The position numbers and the translations under genes are program-made. 64,000 nt of DNA. Source: an uncultured Gammaproteobacteria bacterium (GTDB taxonomy: Bacteria > Patescibacteriota > Microgenomatia > Levybacterales > UBA12049). The stretch spans positions 1,121,887 through 1,185,886 of the forward strand of contig OZ246394.1 of assembly GCA_965230895.1 (NCBI GenBank), given 5' to 3'. The notes below the pieces were generated by a model. That model ran no database searches and had not been told where the DNA came from. It was given only the letters and a program-made list of their open reading frames with translations. This document shows, one piece after another, positions 49,073 through 59,021 of this stretch. Each line of letters opens with the position of its first letter. Position 1 is the stretch's first letter.

Positions 49073-49738
49073 TTAAGCATTCTCTATAAGTTTAACGAAT
49101 TTATCCGCGTCGAGACTCGCGCCTCCGACAAGGGCGCCGTCAATTGATGGAGATTGCGTAAAGTCATGAATATTTTCGGGAGTAACACTCCCACCATAGA
49201 GAACGAATTCCACTTGAGGATTTTTCTCTTTTATCGTTTTAACTACTTTTTCTGCGTTTTCTGGAGTATCTGGATGTCCAGAGCCGATTGCAAAAATAGG
49301 TTCATATGCTACAAGCGTTACTCCTTCTGGAATAGGAGTATTTTCATCTTGCACGCAAAATATTGGTGTTAGATTACTCTTCAATGCCATTGCTACCTTC
49401 TTCGCCAAAAGTTCATCATCTTCATTAAAAAGCTTTCTGCGTTCTGAATGGCCAATAATTGCATAATCAGCGAATTCTTTTATTTCTTCAGCTGTGACCT
49501 CTCCTGTATATGCGCCTTCGTCAAAAGGAGATACATCCTCGCTTCCAAATGAAACAGGAAGGATAACTTCATTCGAATATGATTTTAATAACGGTAATAA
49601 GGTATAGGGGGCACAAACAACAGCAACTTTATTTTCATGCTTTTCTAAACCTGCATTTGCTAAATGTTGCAGCCAATCATTTGTATCTTGAGTCGTTTTA
49701 TTTGACTTCCAATTAGCGATGATAAAGAGTTTCTTCAT
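49073..49738 (-). CDS. tpiA: Triosephosphate isomerase
   Basis: ANWKSN, IGHSERR and AYEPIFAIGSG motifs. Confidence 0.92.
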   Translation of the reverse strand: MKKLFIIANWKSNKTTQDTNDWLQHLANAGLEKHENKVAVVCAPYTLLPLLKSYSNEVILPVSFGSEDVSPFDEGAYTGEVTAEEIKEFADYAIIGHSERRKLFNEDDELLAKKVAMALKSNLTPIFCVQDENTPIPEGVTLVAYEPIFAIGSGHPDTPENAEKVVKTIKEKNPQVEFVLYGGSVTPENIHDFTQSPSIDGALVGGASLDADKFVKLIENA

Positions 49739-49848
49739 ATGCTACAATGGGTGTACTTTACGTCATTGCGTGGCAACCTCTTTTTCGAAATTTTGCCATT
49801 CTGTCCTTCAGAACTTCTCGCAATGACAACCAATATTCATTATACTCT

Positions 49849-51696
49849 ATGGAAGACACACTACTCAAGGATTTAAATCCTGAACAGAAAGAAGCCGTAC
49901 TTGCGACAGATGGACCAATGATTATCCTTGCTGGAGCAGGCTCAGGCAAAACAAGAGTCCTCACCTATAAAGTTATGCACCTTCTTTCCAAAAGAAATGT
50001 CGCGCCCGAGGAAATCCTCATGATTACCTTTACCAATAAAGCAGCAAAGGAGATGAAAGAGCGTATGGCAAAGATGTTGAATGCATCTGCTCTTCCATGG
50101 ATCGCAACATTTCATTCTATGTGCGCAAAAATCCTCCGAAGAGAGAGTAAGTATCTTGGGTTTTCAAACAGGTTTGTCATCTATGATTCACAAGATCAGG
50201 TGGATGCAGTGAAAGAAGCTATGGCTCGATTAGGTATATCCACGAAGGATTTCAAGCCTTATTCTGTACTTGCGACCATCTCTCAAGCAAAAAACGAGTT
50301 ACTTACTGCAACAGAGTATTTAAACTTTGCGCGTGGATATTTCCAAGAAAAAGTTTCAAAAATTTATCCTATGTATCAAACAATTCTTAAAGAAAACGAT
50401 GCATTAGATTTTGATGATTTAATCCTTCATACAATTAAGCTTTTTCGAGAGAATGAGAAAATACTCCAACGATATCAAGCTCAATTCAGATATGTACTTA
50501 TAGATGAATACCAGGATACAAATAGAGCCCAGTATACATTAACGAAGCTTCTTTCAGGCCGATGGAAGAATATATGCGTTGTTGGAGATTTTTCTCAAAG
50601 TATTTACAGCTGGCGTGGCGCAGATTATAAAAACTTAATGAGGTTTAAAGAAGATTTCGTTGGGACCAAAACGTTTTCTCTTTCTCAGAACTATAGATCA
50701 ACGCAAAAGATTCTTGATGGAGCCTCATCTGTTATTTCTAAGAACACGACACACCCAGTACTAAAGTTATGGACAAATAATCCAGATGGTGAAGAAATTG
50801 AGCTCTATGAATCAGGCAATGAACAAGAAGAAGCAGATTTTATTATTAGGACGGTTGCAAATCTTGGTTTTAAAAATCTCAATAAAGTCGCGGTTCTTTA
50901 TCGAACAAATGCCCAGTCTCGTGTTATTGAAGAAGCGCTTCTCCATCACGGTTTACCATATCTACTCATTGGAGGAACGAGATTTTATGACAGAAAAGAA
51001 ATTAAAGATGTTCTTTCTTATTTACGAGTCATTTGTAATCCAAAAGATATGGTCGCATATAAACGAATTGAAAAACTCGGTAAAGGACGACTTGCTAAGT
51101 TCCTTGCCTACCAAAGTAGTCTCCCGGAAAACATGAGTGATGAAGAAATTGAACAAAAGGATGAAGAAATTTTATCTCAGGTAAAAACTATCGATATTCT
51201 TGATAATGTTTTAAAGAGTACAAATTATCTCGATCTTTACGATGAAAAGGTTGAGGAAGATCGAGCAAGATTAGAAAATATTAAAGAACTTCGTTCGGTA
51301 GCTATTGAATTCCCAAATTTGCCTGACTTTTTAGAAAATGTGGCATTGGTTGAGCAAGAATATCATTCGGATAAACAAGAAAATAGCGAAAAGAAAAACG
51401 CAATTACACTTATGACACTCCATGCAGCAAAAGGGCTTGAGTTCCCCATCGTCTTTATGATCGGTATGGAAGAAGGACTTTTCCCTCATTCGAGAGCGTT
51501 GATGGATAAAGCAGAATTAGAAGAGGAACGAAGACTTTGTTATGTTGGTATGACTCGCGCAAAAGAAAAGCTTTATTTAACGTATGCAAGAAGACGTCTC
51601 TTTTTCGGTCAAAGAAATACAAATACTGTTTCAAGATTTGTACTTGAGCTTCCTGAGCACCTTATTTCTCAGAAAACAAGCGTAGATTATTTTTAA
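49849..51696 (+). CDS. UvrD/PcrA/Rep-family ATP-dependent DNA helicase (short form, about 615 aa)
   Basis: Walker A GAGSGKT, DEYQDTN and further helicase blocks. The start is placed at the ATG at 49849. Confidence 0.85.
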   Translation: MEDTLLKDLNPEQKEAVLATDGPMIILAGAGSGKTRVLTYKVMHLLSKRNVAPEEILMITFTNKAAKEMKERMAKMLNASALPWIATFHSMCAKILRRESKYLGFSNRFVIYDSQDQVDAVKEAMARLGISTKDFKPYSVLATISQAKNELLTATEYLNFARGYFQEKVSKIYPMYQTILKENDALDFDDLILHTIKLFRENEKILQRYQAQFRYVLIDEYQDTNRAQYTLTKLLSGRWKNICVVGDFSQSIYSWRGADYKNLMRFKEDFVGTKTFSLSQNYRSTQKILDGASSVISKNTTHPVLKLWTNNPDGEEIELYESGNEQEEADFIIRTVANLGFKNLNKVAVLYRTNAQSRVIEEALLHHGLPYLLIGGTRFYDRKEIKDVLSYLRVICNPKDMVAYKRIEKLGKGRLAKFLAYQSSLPENMSDEEIEQKDEEILSQVKTIDILDNVLKSTNYLDLYDEKVEEDRARLENIKELRSVAIEFPNLPDFLENVALVEQEYHSDKQENSEKKNAITLMTLHAAKGLEFPIVFMIGMEEGLFPHSRALMDKAELEEERRLCYVGMTRAKEKLYLTYARRRLFFGQRNTNTVSRFVLELPEHLISQKTSVDYF

Positions 51697-51731
51697 TCTT
51701 ATATACTTCTTACTCAGCAATTACATCTTTC

Positions 51732-52487
51732 TTGCCTCAACATGATATTTTTGTAATTAGGAGAATAGCCTATATGAAAGGAACTGTAATCTTTGCAGAC
51801 CAGCCAACTGAAGAACAAAAATTTAGATCTCGTCAAACAGATATTACTGTAACGAAAAATGAGTTGCAAGAAGCTGTTAAGGAGGCCTATGAAAAAGGTG
51901 TAGAAGATGCAAAGAAGGAACTTAAAAAAGAAGAAGCTCCAACTAATGATCCTGATGCTTGGCAAGCAAATTTAACAGCGGAGCAACGTGAAGGTGTAAA
52001 AAAAGGTGAAATAAAAGCCGCGGAAGAGGAAGCAAAAAAGCGAGAGCAAACTAAGCAGAAACTTGATGCTATAGCTGACAAACATGACGTAATTTTATTT
52101 ACTGCTAAGACAGTTTTCCCTTTTAGCATTTTTCCAGATACTCTTGTCATTGATACAACAAAGATAACAATTGTCAGAAAGCAAATGTTTGCGACCGAGA
52201 ATATCATAACTGTTCCTCATAAAGATATTGCGGACGCATCTGTGCAGACGGCACTTTTCCTAGCAACCTTTACATTGACATATACATTACATACTCAGAG
52301 CCCAGGAGCTGCACAGCCTATTACAGAAACTATCTCCAGTTTACGAAGAGAAGATGCAATCAAAGCAAAGAATCTCATTAAAGGTATACTTGTAGCGAGA
52401 GCAGAGAGTATTGATATTTCCAAGATAGAACCAGATGAACTCTTAAATACTATTGAAAGATTCGGACATACTGATGGAGTTGTTTGA
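51732..52487 (+). CDS. Hypothetical protein with Lys/Glu-rich N-terminal region
   Basis: ORF only; no recognisable motif, and the start is uncertain. Confidence 0.35.
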   Translation: MPQHDIFVIRRIAYMKGTVIFADQPTEEQKFRSRQTDITVTKNELQEAVKEAYEKGVEDAKKELKKEEAPTNDPDAWQANLTAEQREGVKKGEIKAAEEEAKKREQTKQKLDAIADKHDVILFTAKTVFPFSIFPDTLVIDTTKITIVRKQMFATENIITVPHKDIADASVQTALFLATFTLTYTLHTQSPGAAQPITETISSLRREDAIKAKNLIKGILVARAESIDISKIEPDELLNTIERFGHTDGVV

Positions 52488-52499
52488 TACAATAGATGT

Positions 52500-53534
52500 A
52501 TGGACATTCTTCCAATAGAAAGTATACACGCCTCTGCGTTCGATAAAGTTACTAAACATCCGCTACAAAGTTTTGAATGGGGTCTTTTTAGAGAGAAAAC
52601 GAAAGTGAAAGTAATCCGCCGCGAAGTTTTTCAGAAAGACAAATTAATTGATGGTTTCCAACTAACTATTCATAAAATTCCAAGAACTCCTTTTACCATC
52701 GGCTATTTACCAAAAGGTACACTTCCAACAAAAGAAATAGTGAAAGAATTACAAAAAATTGGGAAAGAAGAAAAATGCATATTTATCCAGTTGGAACCAA
52801 ACATCATAAAAACAATTAATGGTAACCCAACGAAAGATAGTACCTGGGATTTCAAAAAACTTGGACTTATACGAGCAGCTCATCCGCTTTTTACACAATA
52901 CTCATTTATATTAGATCTGACAAAAACTGAAGAGGAACTCCTCAAAGATATGCATGCGAAATCTCGATACAATATAAAAGTAGCCAGAAAGCATAACGTA
53001 GAGGTTACTCAAAATAATACAGATGCTGGGTTTAAAGAGTATTGGCGCTTAACCGAGGAGACAACACAAAGACAAAAGTTCTATGCTCATACTAAAGAGT
53101 ATCATAAACTTCAATGGGAAACGTTTCCTCATGAGCCGAAAAATGACGCACTTTCTTCGCACCTTTTTACTGCAAAATATGAAGGCAAAACATTAACAGC
53201 GCTATTGTTCTTTGTCTACCACGATACACTTTATTATCCTTATGGTGCATCCAGTAATGAGCATCGCAATGTCATGCATTCTAATCTTGCGATGTGGGAA
53301 GGGATACGTTTTGGACAAAAATTAGGACTCAAGAAATTTGATATGTGGGGAGCCATGGGGCCAAATCCTGATCAAAAAGATCCATGGTTTGGGTTTCATA
53401 ATTTCAAACAAAAGTTCGGTCCAGACCATGTAGAATTTCTTGGGAGTTATGATTTGGTAATTAACCCATTACTTTATCAGAGTTACAAGATAGCTGATAA
53501 ACTCAGATGGATGCTGTTGAAGTTTAAAAAATAA
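52500..53534 (+). CDS. FemAB-family peptidoglycan interpeptide-bridge aminoacyltransferase
   Basis: GNAT-like duplicated fold blocks (KSRYNIKVARKHNV, LQWETF, YGASSNEHRN) typical of FemX/FemAB. Confidence 0.6.
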   Translation: MDILPIESIHASAFDKVTKHPLQSFEWGLFREKTKVKVIRREVFQKDKLIDGFQLTIHKIPRTPFTIGYLPKGTLPTKEIVKELQKIGKEEKCIFIQLEPNIIKTINGNPTKDSTWDFKKLGLIRAAHPLFTQYSFILDLTKTEEELLKDMHAKSRYNIKVARKHNVEVTQNNTDAGFKEYWRLTEETTQRQKFYAHTKEYHKLQWETFPHEPKNDALSSHLFTAKYEGKTLTALLFFVYHDTLYYPYGASSNEHRNVMHSNLAMWEGIRFGQKLGLKKFDMWGAMGPNPDQKDPWFGFHNFKQKFGPDHVEFLGSYDLVINPLLYQSYKIADKLRWMLLKFKK

Positions 53535-54065
53535 TTATTTTTTGTTTTTAGGGATTTGATAAACGTATACTTCGTCCTCTTCATCTTTTGCAATCATTGG
53601 CAAATCAATTTTGTAAACAAACGTCACAACCTTTGTTCCCGGTTTTAATTCTTCAAGTAATTTAGGGCGTAATCGAGCCATAGTCTTCGGGATAAGGTAC
53701 ATAATAACAACCGATGCATCTGATATATCTACATCAAAAAAGTTTTTCCTATAAATTTTTACCTTGTCAGAAAGTTTGGCGAAACGGATCGACAAGCGAG
53801 AAGTGAAAACGCGAAAAGGATCAATTTCTACTCCAACTCCCATTGCACCAAATTCTTTTGCAGCAATCATAAGTGCTGTTCCTTCACCTGATCCAAGATC
53901 ATAGATAATATCTCCTTTCTGAATTTTTGCGAGTTTGCATTGAATCCGTGCAATACGTGGAGAAGTTCTCCACCAAGGTGACCACGGACTATCAGGTGGC
54001 CAAACCATCGACAGGAGAAAAAATAGAATAACTAAGATAATAAAAACAAGAATTATGAAAAGCAT
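53535..54065 (-). CDS. Membrane-anchored class I SAM-dependent methyltransferase
   Basis: N-terminal TM helix. Motif I is IYDLGSGEGT, with an acidic residue at the end of beta2 (VEID). Confidence 0.6.
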   Translation of the reverse strand: MLFIILVFIILVILFFLLSMVWPPDSPWSPWWRTSPRIARIQCKLAKIQKGDIIYDLGSGEGTALMIAAKEFGAMGVGVEIDPFRVFTSRLSIRFAKLSDKVKIYRKNFFDVDISDASVVIMYLIPKTMARLRPKLLEELKPGTKVVTFVYKIDLPMIAKDEEDEVYVYQIPKNKK

Positions 54066-54132
54066 TAGACTTTCCTATCATATCAAATTTCTACTGTATT
54101 TGATTGACAACCTGCTCTATAATTAAGATACT

Positions 54133-54855
54133 ATGAATCCTTTACTGTATATCATTACATTTGCGGTTAGTGCATATGTTCTTTTAAGTATAGTGCAACC
54201 GCGTCCATCTTTTATTTTATTGCTTCCAATCTTGTTACTAACAATTGGTATTGGCTGGTATCTCAATAAACATATACAGAAAGAGCATGAAGATAATCTA
54301 AAAAAGGACGTAGAATATACGTTAGAGGAAGAAAATGCAACCCATTGGCTCCATCAATCATTTATCCCCAAAACAAATATTCTTCTCAAAAATCATATTA
54401 AGGAAATCATTTTTTATACAGGAATTGTGTTGTTATTATTCATATTTGCATGGAGTTATCTAGTAGCTGGACTGACAAATGCAATTCTTAGCGTTTGTAC
54501 AGCGGCAATTCTTTACTCTTTATTTGTTTTTTATACTTTACACGCAGATAAGTGGTATAAATATTTCTTCAAACATATCCCTAAGCAATATAAACACTTC
54601 CAAAAGAATAACTGGATCCACGGCTATGTAATTCTTCTGCCCTTCACGTTTATTTGTTTTGTCATATATCTCTTGTTTAATTACAATGGCGCTATTTTAA
54701 CACTACTTTTAGGTATTCCTGTATTTATACTTGCCTATACATTATTCTTTTTAGCACTTTACAGTGGATCATATTTGTATAGGGAGTATCGAAAAGATGA
54801 GTTAGAAAATGCAGAAGAATCTTTACGGGAATATCTAAAAGAAGAAAAAAATTAG
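54133..54855 (+). CDS. Polytopic membrane protein, unknown function
   Basis: About 6 hydrophobic segments; no motif. Confidence 0.4.
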   Translation: MNPLLYIITFAVSAYVLLSIVQPRPSFILLLPILLLTIGIGWYLNKHIQKEHEDNLKKDVEYTLEEENATHWLHQSFIPKTNILLKNHIKEIIFYTGIVLLLFIFAWSYLVAGLTNAILSVCTAAILYSLFVFYTLHADKWYKYFFKHIPKQYKHFQKNNWIHGYVILLPFTFICFVIYLLFNYNGAILTLLLGIPVFILAYTLFFLALYSGSYLYREYRKDELENAEESLREYLKEEKN

Positions 54856-55466
54856 CTTCGTGCAAGTGAATTTGCCAGTTTATCTACACGTTCATTATTA
54901 ATATCTCCAGAATGGCCTAAAACTTTTTCATAGTGAACTGTTAATCCATTCTTACTTATAACATCTGCAATATCATAAAATATTTTTGCATTCTCTTTCA
55001 CTTTATCAGGATGCTTCAGTAGATTGTTTAAACTAATCTGACTATCAGAATATATTTTTATCTTCTTTTTGTTATTTTCTGCTGCCCATACAATTGCATG
55101 GTAAATTGCTAACCCTTCAGCAACATTATTTGTTTGCTTGCCTTCAACAAGTCCTGCTCTTTCTGCATCACCTGAGACGAATGCCCAAGCTGCTTTTGCA
55201 CGAGGAGTTCCATTATAGATGCATGCTCCGTCAGTCCAAATCTCGACATCATATTCCATTTTTATTTTTTCTGTGCCGTCAAGTTCCAATGGAATGCTCC
55301 TTGGGTTTAAGACCTTAAATTTGTCACTATGGTACAATTTCTGACAATGAGAACAATAATAGTAATGCGTGTAGTAATATGGTTTTTTTAATTGATCTGC
55401 AGTTCTTTTTGTTGGACGTAACGATAAGACTCTACCACAATTTTTACATAGTTCAGTTTTATCCAT
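54852..55466 (-). CDS. rnhA: Ribonuclease HI with N-terminal zinc-ribbon
   Basis: RNase H fold (EIWTDGAC...AEGLAIYHAI...YSDSQ...D) is preceded by CKNCG...CSHC. Confidence 0.75.
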   Translation of the reverse strand: MDKTELCKNCGRVLSLRPTKRTADQLKKPYYYTHYYYCSHCQKLYHSDKFKVLNPRSIPLELDGTEKIKMEYDVEIWTDGACIYNGTPRAKAAWAFVSGDAERAGLVEGKQTNNVAEGLAIYHAIVWAAENNKKKIKIYSDSQISLNNLLKHPDKVKENAKIFYDIADVISKNGLTVHYEKVLGHSGDINNERVDKLANSLARS

Positions 55467-55496
55467 AGATTTTTATTATACACTGTCCGGAGGTTA

Positions 55497-57632
55497 TTAG
55501 AGGATGAGTTTGTTGTCATTAACTCTTGGCTCGACAACATCTCCAGGCTTTATGGTCCCTTCTATAATTCGCATAGCAATTTCATCTACTAGCTTTTCCT
55601 CTATTGCTCTTCGTAGTGGCCTTGCACCAAAGACAGGATCATATCCAACTTCAGCAAAGTAGAGAGCAAGCTCATCAGTGATCTTCAATTCAATGCCGTT
55701 TTCAGACATGCGTTCCTTTACATGCTCAAGCTGTTGTTCAGTTATCTTCATTAGATCTTTTGGGGAGAGTGAGTTATAAATAATAACTGAATCCAAGCGA
55801 TTAAGAAATTCTGGTCTGAAATGTCCATGCAGGACATCCCAAACTTTTTTCTTTGCATCTTCTTTATCTTTTGCTTCACGGATTACATCTCCACCAAGAT
55901 TACTTGTCATAATAATAATTGTATTTCTGAAATCTACTGTCGTTCCCTTACTATCTGTTAATCGTCCATCATCTAAGAGTTGCAAAAATACATTAAAGAC
56001 CTGTGGATGTGCTTTTTCTATTTCATCAAAAAGGATAACTGAATATGGTCTACGGCGGACTGCTTCGGTCAATTGTCCTCCTTCATCATATCCGACATAT
56101 CCTGGAGGAGCGCCAATCAATCGAGCAACAGCATGTGATTCCATATATTCACTCATATCAATTCGTGTCATAGCATGCTCATCATTGAATAATATTCGAG
56201 CGAGGGCTTTTGCTGTTTCGGTTTTACCGACACCTGTTGGACCTAAGAAAAGGAACGATCCAATTGGTTTATCTTTTTCGCCAAGACCTGAACGGGATCT
56301 GCGAATTGCTCGAGATAAAACAGTTACTGCCTCCTCTTGCCCAACGACTTGATCCTTCAGATCATCTTCAAGTTGTAACAATCTCTCTGATTCTGTAGAG
56401 AGGATTCTGGTTGCTGGAATTCCGGTCCATCGACTCACAACTCTTGCGATATCATCATCATCGACTTCTTCACGAAGTACTCGTTCTTCTGAAGGAATTT
56501 GATCCCATTCGTCATGAAGCTCTTTTAATTTCTTCTCCAGCTCAGGAATTTTGCCATATTTAATTTCTGCTGCTTTTTGTAAATCAACATCGCGCTCTGC
56601 TTGCTCTAGCTCCACTCGATGAGCATCAATCTTTGCACGAATCTCCTGAATTTTTTGAATCATATCTTTTTGTTTTGTCCATCGTTCTTCGAGCTTCTGT
56701 GACTTCTCTTTCAACTTTTCTAATTCATTTTCTTGCTGTGCTTTTCTACTTTTTGCAATTTCAGTTTTTTCACGTTTAAGAGCAGCCAATTCAATTTCTA
56801 TTTGCGTAATCTTCCTCTTCAACTCGTCTAATTCTGCGGGCATACTTTCGGTCTCAATTTTTATCGCTGCCGCTGCCTCATCGATTAAATCAATTGCTTT
56901 ATCTGGTAAAAATCGTTGTGGAATGTATTGAGCAGATAGTCTTGCTGAAGCGATAATTGCATTATCTGTAATGCGAATCCCATGATGAAGCTCATATTTT
57001 TGCTTAATCCCTCGAAGGATAGAGATCGTATCTTCTATTGTCGGCTCGTCTACGGCAACTGGTTGAAATCTTCGGGCAAGCGCAGGATCTTTCTCAATAT
57101 ACTTTCTGTATTCGGCAATTGTTGTCGCGCCAATCATACGAAGACTCCCACGAGCAAGTGCAGGTTTGAGAATATTGGCAGCATCGGTTGAACCTTCTGC
57201 TGCTCCACCACCAACTAGTGTGTGGAGCTCATCGATGAACATAACATATTTACCATCTGCTTCTTCTACAGCTTTAATCACTCCTTTTAATCGTTCTTCA
57301 AATTCGCCACGAAATTTCGCACCAGCAAGAAGCTGTGCAAAATCGAGTACAACAAGTTCTTTATCTTTAAGTGGAGTTGGGACTGCATGTTCAATTATTT
57401 TTTGAGCGAGTCCCTCTACGATTGCGGTTTTACCAACGCCAGGGTCACCTATGAGGATTGGATTATTCTTTGTTCTCCTCGAGAGAATTTCCATTACTCG
57501 GCGAATTTCTACTTCTCTACCGACGACAGGATCAATCTTTCCTTGTTTCGCATTATTTGTTAAATTGATTGTGAATTTCTCAAGGGCTTCTGTTGGGGAG
57601 ACTGGCTTGAGAAGATCTTGAATGTTATCCAT
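55497..57632 (-). CDS. clpB: ClpB-type AAA+ disaggregase lacking the N-terminal domain
   Basis: Two NBDs (GDPGVGKTA and GPTGVGKTE) and a long coiled-coil M-domain of about 120 aa. The protein starts just before NBD1. Confidence 0.85.
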   Translation of the reverse strand: MDNIQDLLKPVSPTEALEKFTINLTNNAKQGKIDPVVGREVEIRRVMEILSRRTKNNPILIGDPGVGKTAIVEGLAQKIIEHAVPTPLKDKELVVLDFAQLLAGAKFRGEFEERLKGVIKAVEEADGKYVMFIDELHTLVGGGAAEGSTDAANILKPALARGSLRMIGATTIAEYRKYIEKDPALARRFQPVAVDEPTIEDTISILRGIKQKYELHHGIRITDNAIIASARLSAQYIPQRFLPDKAIDLIDEAAAAIKIETESMPAELDELKRKITQIEIELAALKREKTEIAKSRKAQQENELEKLKEKSQKLEERWTKQKDMIQKIQEIRAKIDAHRVELEQAERDVDLQKAAEIKYGKIPELEKKLKELHDEWDQIPSEERVLREEVDDDDIARVVSRWTGIPATRILSTESERLLQLEDDLKDQVVGQEEAVTVLSRAIRRSRSGLGEKDKPIGSFLFLGPTGVGKTETAKALARILFNDEHAMTRIDMSEYMESHAVARLIGAPPGYVGYDEGGQLTEAVRRRPYSVILFDEIEKAHPQVFNVFLQLLDDGRLTDSKGTTVDFRNTIIIMTSNLGGDVIREAKDKEDAKKKVWDVLHGHFRPEFLNRLDSVIIYNSLSPKDLMKITEQQLEHVKERMSENGIELKITDELALYFAEVGYDPVFGARPLRRAIEEKLVDEIAMRIIEGTIKPGDVVEPRVNDNKLIL

Positions 57633-57642
57633 ATCTTCCCCA

Positions 57643-57671
57643 ATTTTACAATTAGCAATGCGTCATGTCAA
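57643..57671 (-). promoter_or_regulatory. Candidate sigma70-like promoter for clpB (TTGACA-17-TAAAAT) ending 10 nt before the ATG
   Basis: Read on the minus strand from the sequence. It implies a leaderless or near-leaderless transcript. Confidence 0.4.
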
Positions 57672-58035
57672 GTGCTAATTTGAGTATATTTTAACGTACT
57701 GGAGCCGTAAATACTGTAAAAAATGATCCAAAAATATTTCGTAATTGTTTTTCGATAAATGCTATCATACCTGCCTATGTATCCTCCTTTCTGTAAGATT
57801 CTTGTTTCTAAAAGAGAAGGTTATCTGTCATTACTGATCGTTAGTCCTTACGGGTCGATTCAGAATGGCTTTAAAGACAACCTATCTTTTCTTTATTAAA
57901 CATCTAATTGATTAATTTAATCTTAAGGCTTCTGCCTAAGAATAAAACCAAAAATGCGTAAGGATACAGTAATAGTAAAGATCTCTGTAAAGAAGAGCTT
58001 GCTGAAGAATTAATGTGTCGATATAATGCTTCGAC

Positions 58036-58773
58036 ATGGAAAAACCAAGAATTCTCATACCTCTGCCTATTTCAAATCTTAAATCAGAAGGAATTATTAC
58101 GAGCAAAAGTTTTCATAAACTGCAACGTGAAGGATTTCAACCGCTAGTAGCAACTGTGACAATGCGACCAAGCGAAATCAAATCCTTATACAACAAAGTC
58201 GACGGTGTCGTGTTTCCTGGTGGTAGCGACATTGATCCTCAACTTTATGGCCAGCGGACACATAGTGCTGCCGGAGAGATCAATAGAGAACAAGATAGAT
58301 TTGAATTAGAACTTGCGAAAAGATTACTCGATGATGAAAAACCAACTTTAGGTATTTGTAGAGGAGCTCAGATGCTTGCGATCGCAAATGGAGGAGAGCT
58401 TTTTCAGCATATACCAGATATTACAAAAGAGCCCCATGGTGTTTCAATTGATGTTGAAGGAGAGTCAAGTTTTCACGATATTGTCGTATTTGAAAATACA
58501 CAAGCACACAATATTTTTGGTACAAATAGATTAAGAAGTATTATATCCAGGCATCATCAAGCAATAGCAAGTCCGGGGAAAATGCAAACTTCTGGAGAGT
58601 CACCGGAAAGAATTATTGAAATCATTGAGAATCCCACTCATCCTTTTTATTTTGGGATTCAACCACACCTAGAATTACTCCAACCATCAGATATGGCTTA
58701 TAGAAATACTTCAGATTTATTCAATGCATATAAAGATGCTGTACTTATCTATGTTGGTCAATCAAAAAATTAG
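58036..58773 (+). CDS. Class I glutamine amidotransferase-like, peptidase C26 (gamma-glutamyl hydrolase, PuuD-like)
   Basis: LGICRGAQML catalytic Cys block, and a His near the C-terminus (IQPHLE). Confidence 0.65.
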   Translation: MEKPRILIPLPISNLKSEGIITSKSFHKLQREGFQPLVATVTMRPSEIKSLYNKVDGVVFPGGSDIDPQLYGQRTHSAAGEINREQDRFELELAKRLLDDEKPTLGICRGAQMLAIANGGELFQHIPDITKEPHGVSIDVEGESSFHDIVVFENTQAHNIFGTNRLRSIISRHHQAIASPGKMQTSGESPERIIEIIENPTHPFYFGIQPHLELLQPSDMAYRNTSDLFNAYKDAVLIYVGQSKN

Positions 58774-58796
58774 ATTTTGCCCTTAGGATATCCCTG

Positions 58797-58853
58797 TTGC
58801 TCATCCATAAACATGTGTTATAATAAAGTTACCAAAGAGATTGTTAACACAAT
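58797..58853 (+). promoter_or_regulatory. Candidate promoter (TTGCTC-16-TGtTATAAT) plus palindrome TGTTAACA/ATTGT-TAAC-ACAAT upstream of the 1084-aa gene
   Basis: Extended -10 at 58816-58824 and an inverted repeat at 58840-58853. A leader of about 180 nt follows before the ATG at 59022. Confidence 0.4.
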
Positions 58854-59021
58854 CTTTGGACTTTAAAAACTCATAATCAAATCGACGGACACCCCATTTC
58901 ATGCGCTCTACATGACGGATTAATACTCTTTTAGGAGCAATAACGCCCGCCACTCACATTTTTTTAATTCTTTCTATGAAAGAGCTTTCTTGCTGTGGAA
59001 TGATTTGATTGGAAAGACTCT

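Noticed and set aside
57780-57880. tRNA-like T-arm-looking string GGGTCGATTC in the clpB upstream region.
   Set aside because: Flanking bases do not form an acceptor or T stem, and no cloverleaf can be drawn.
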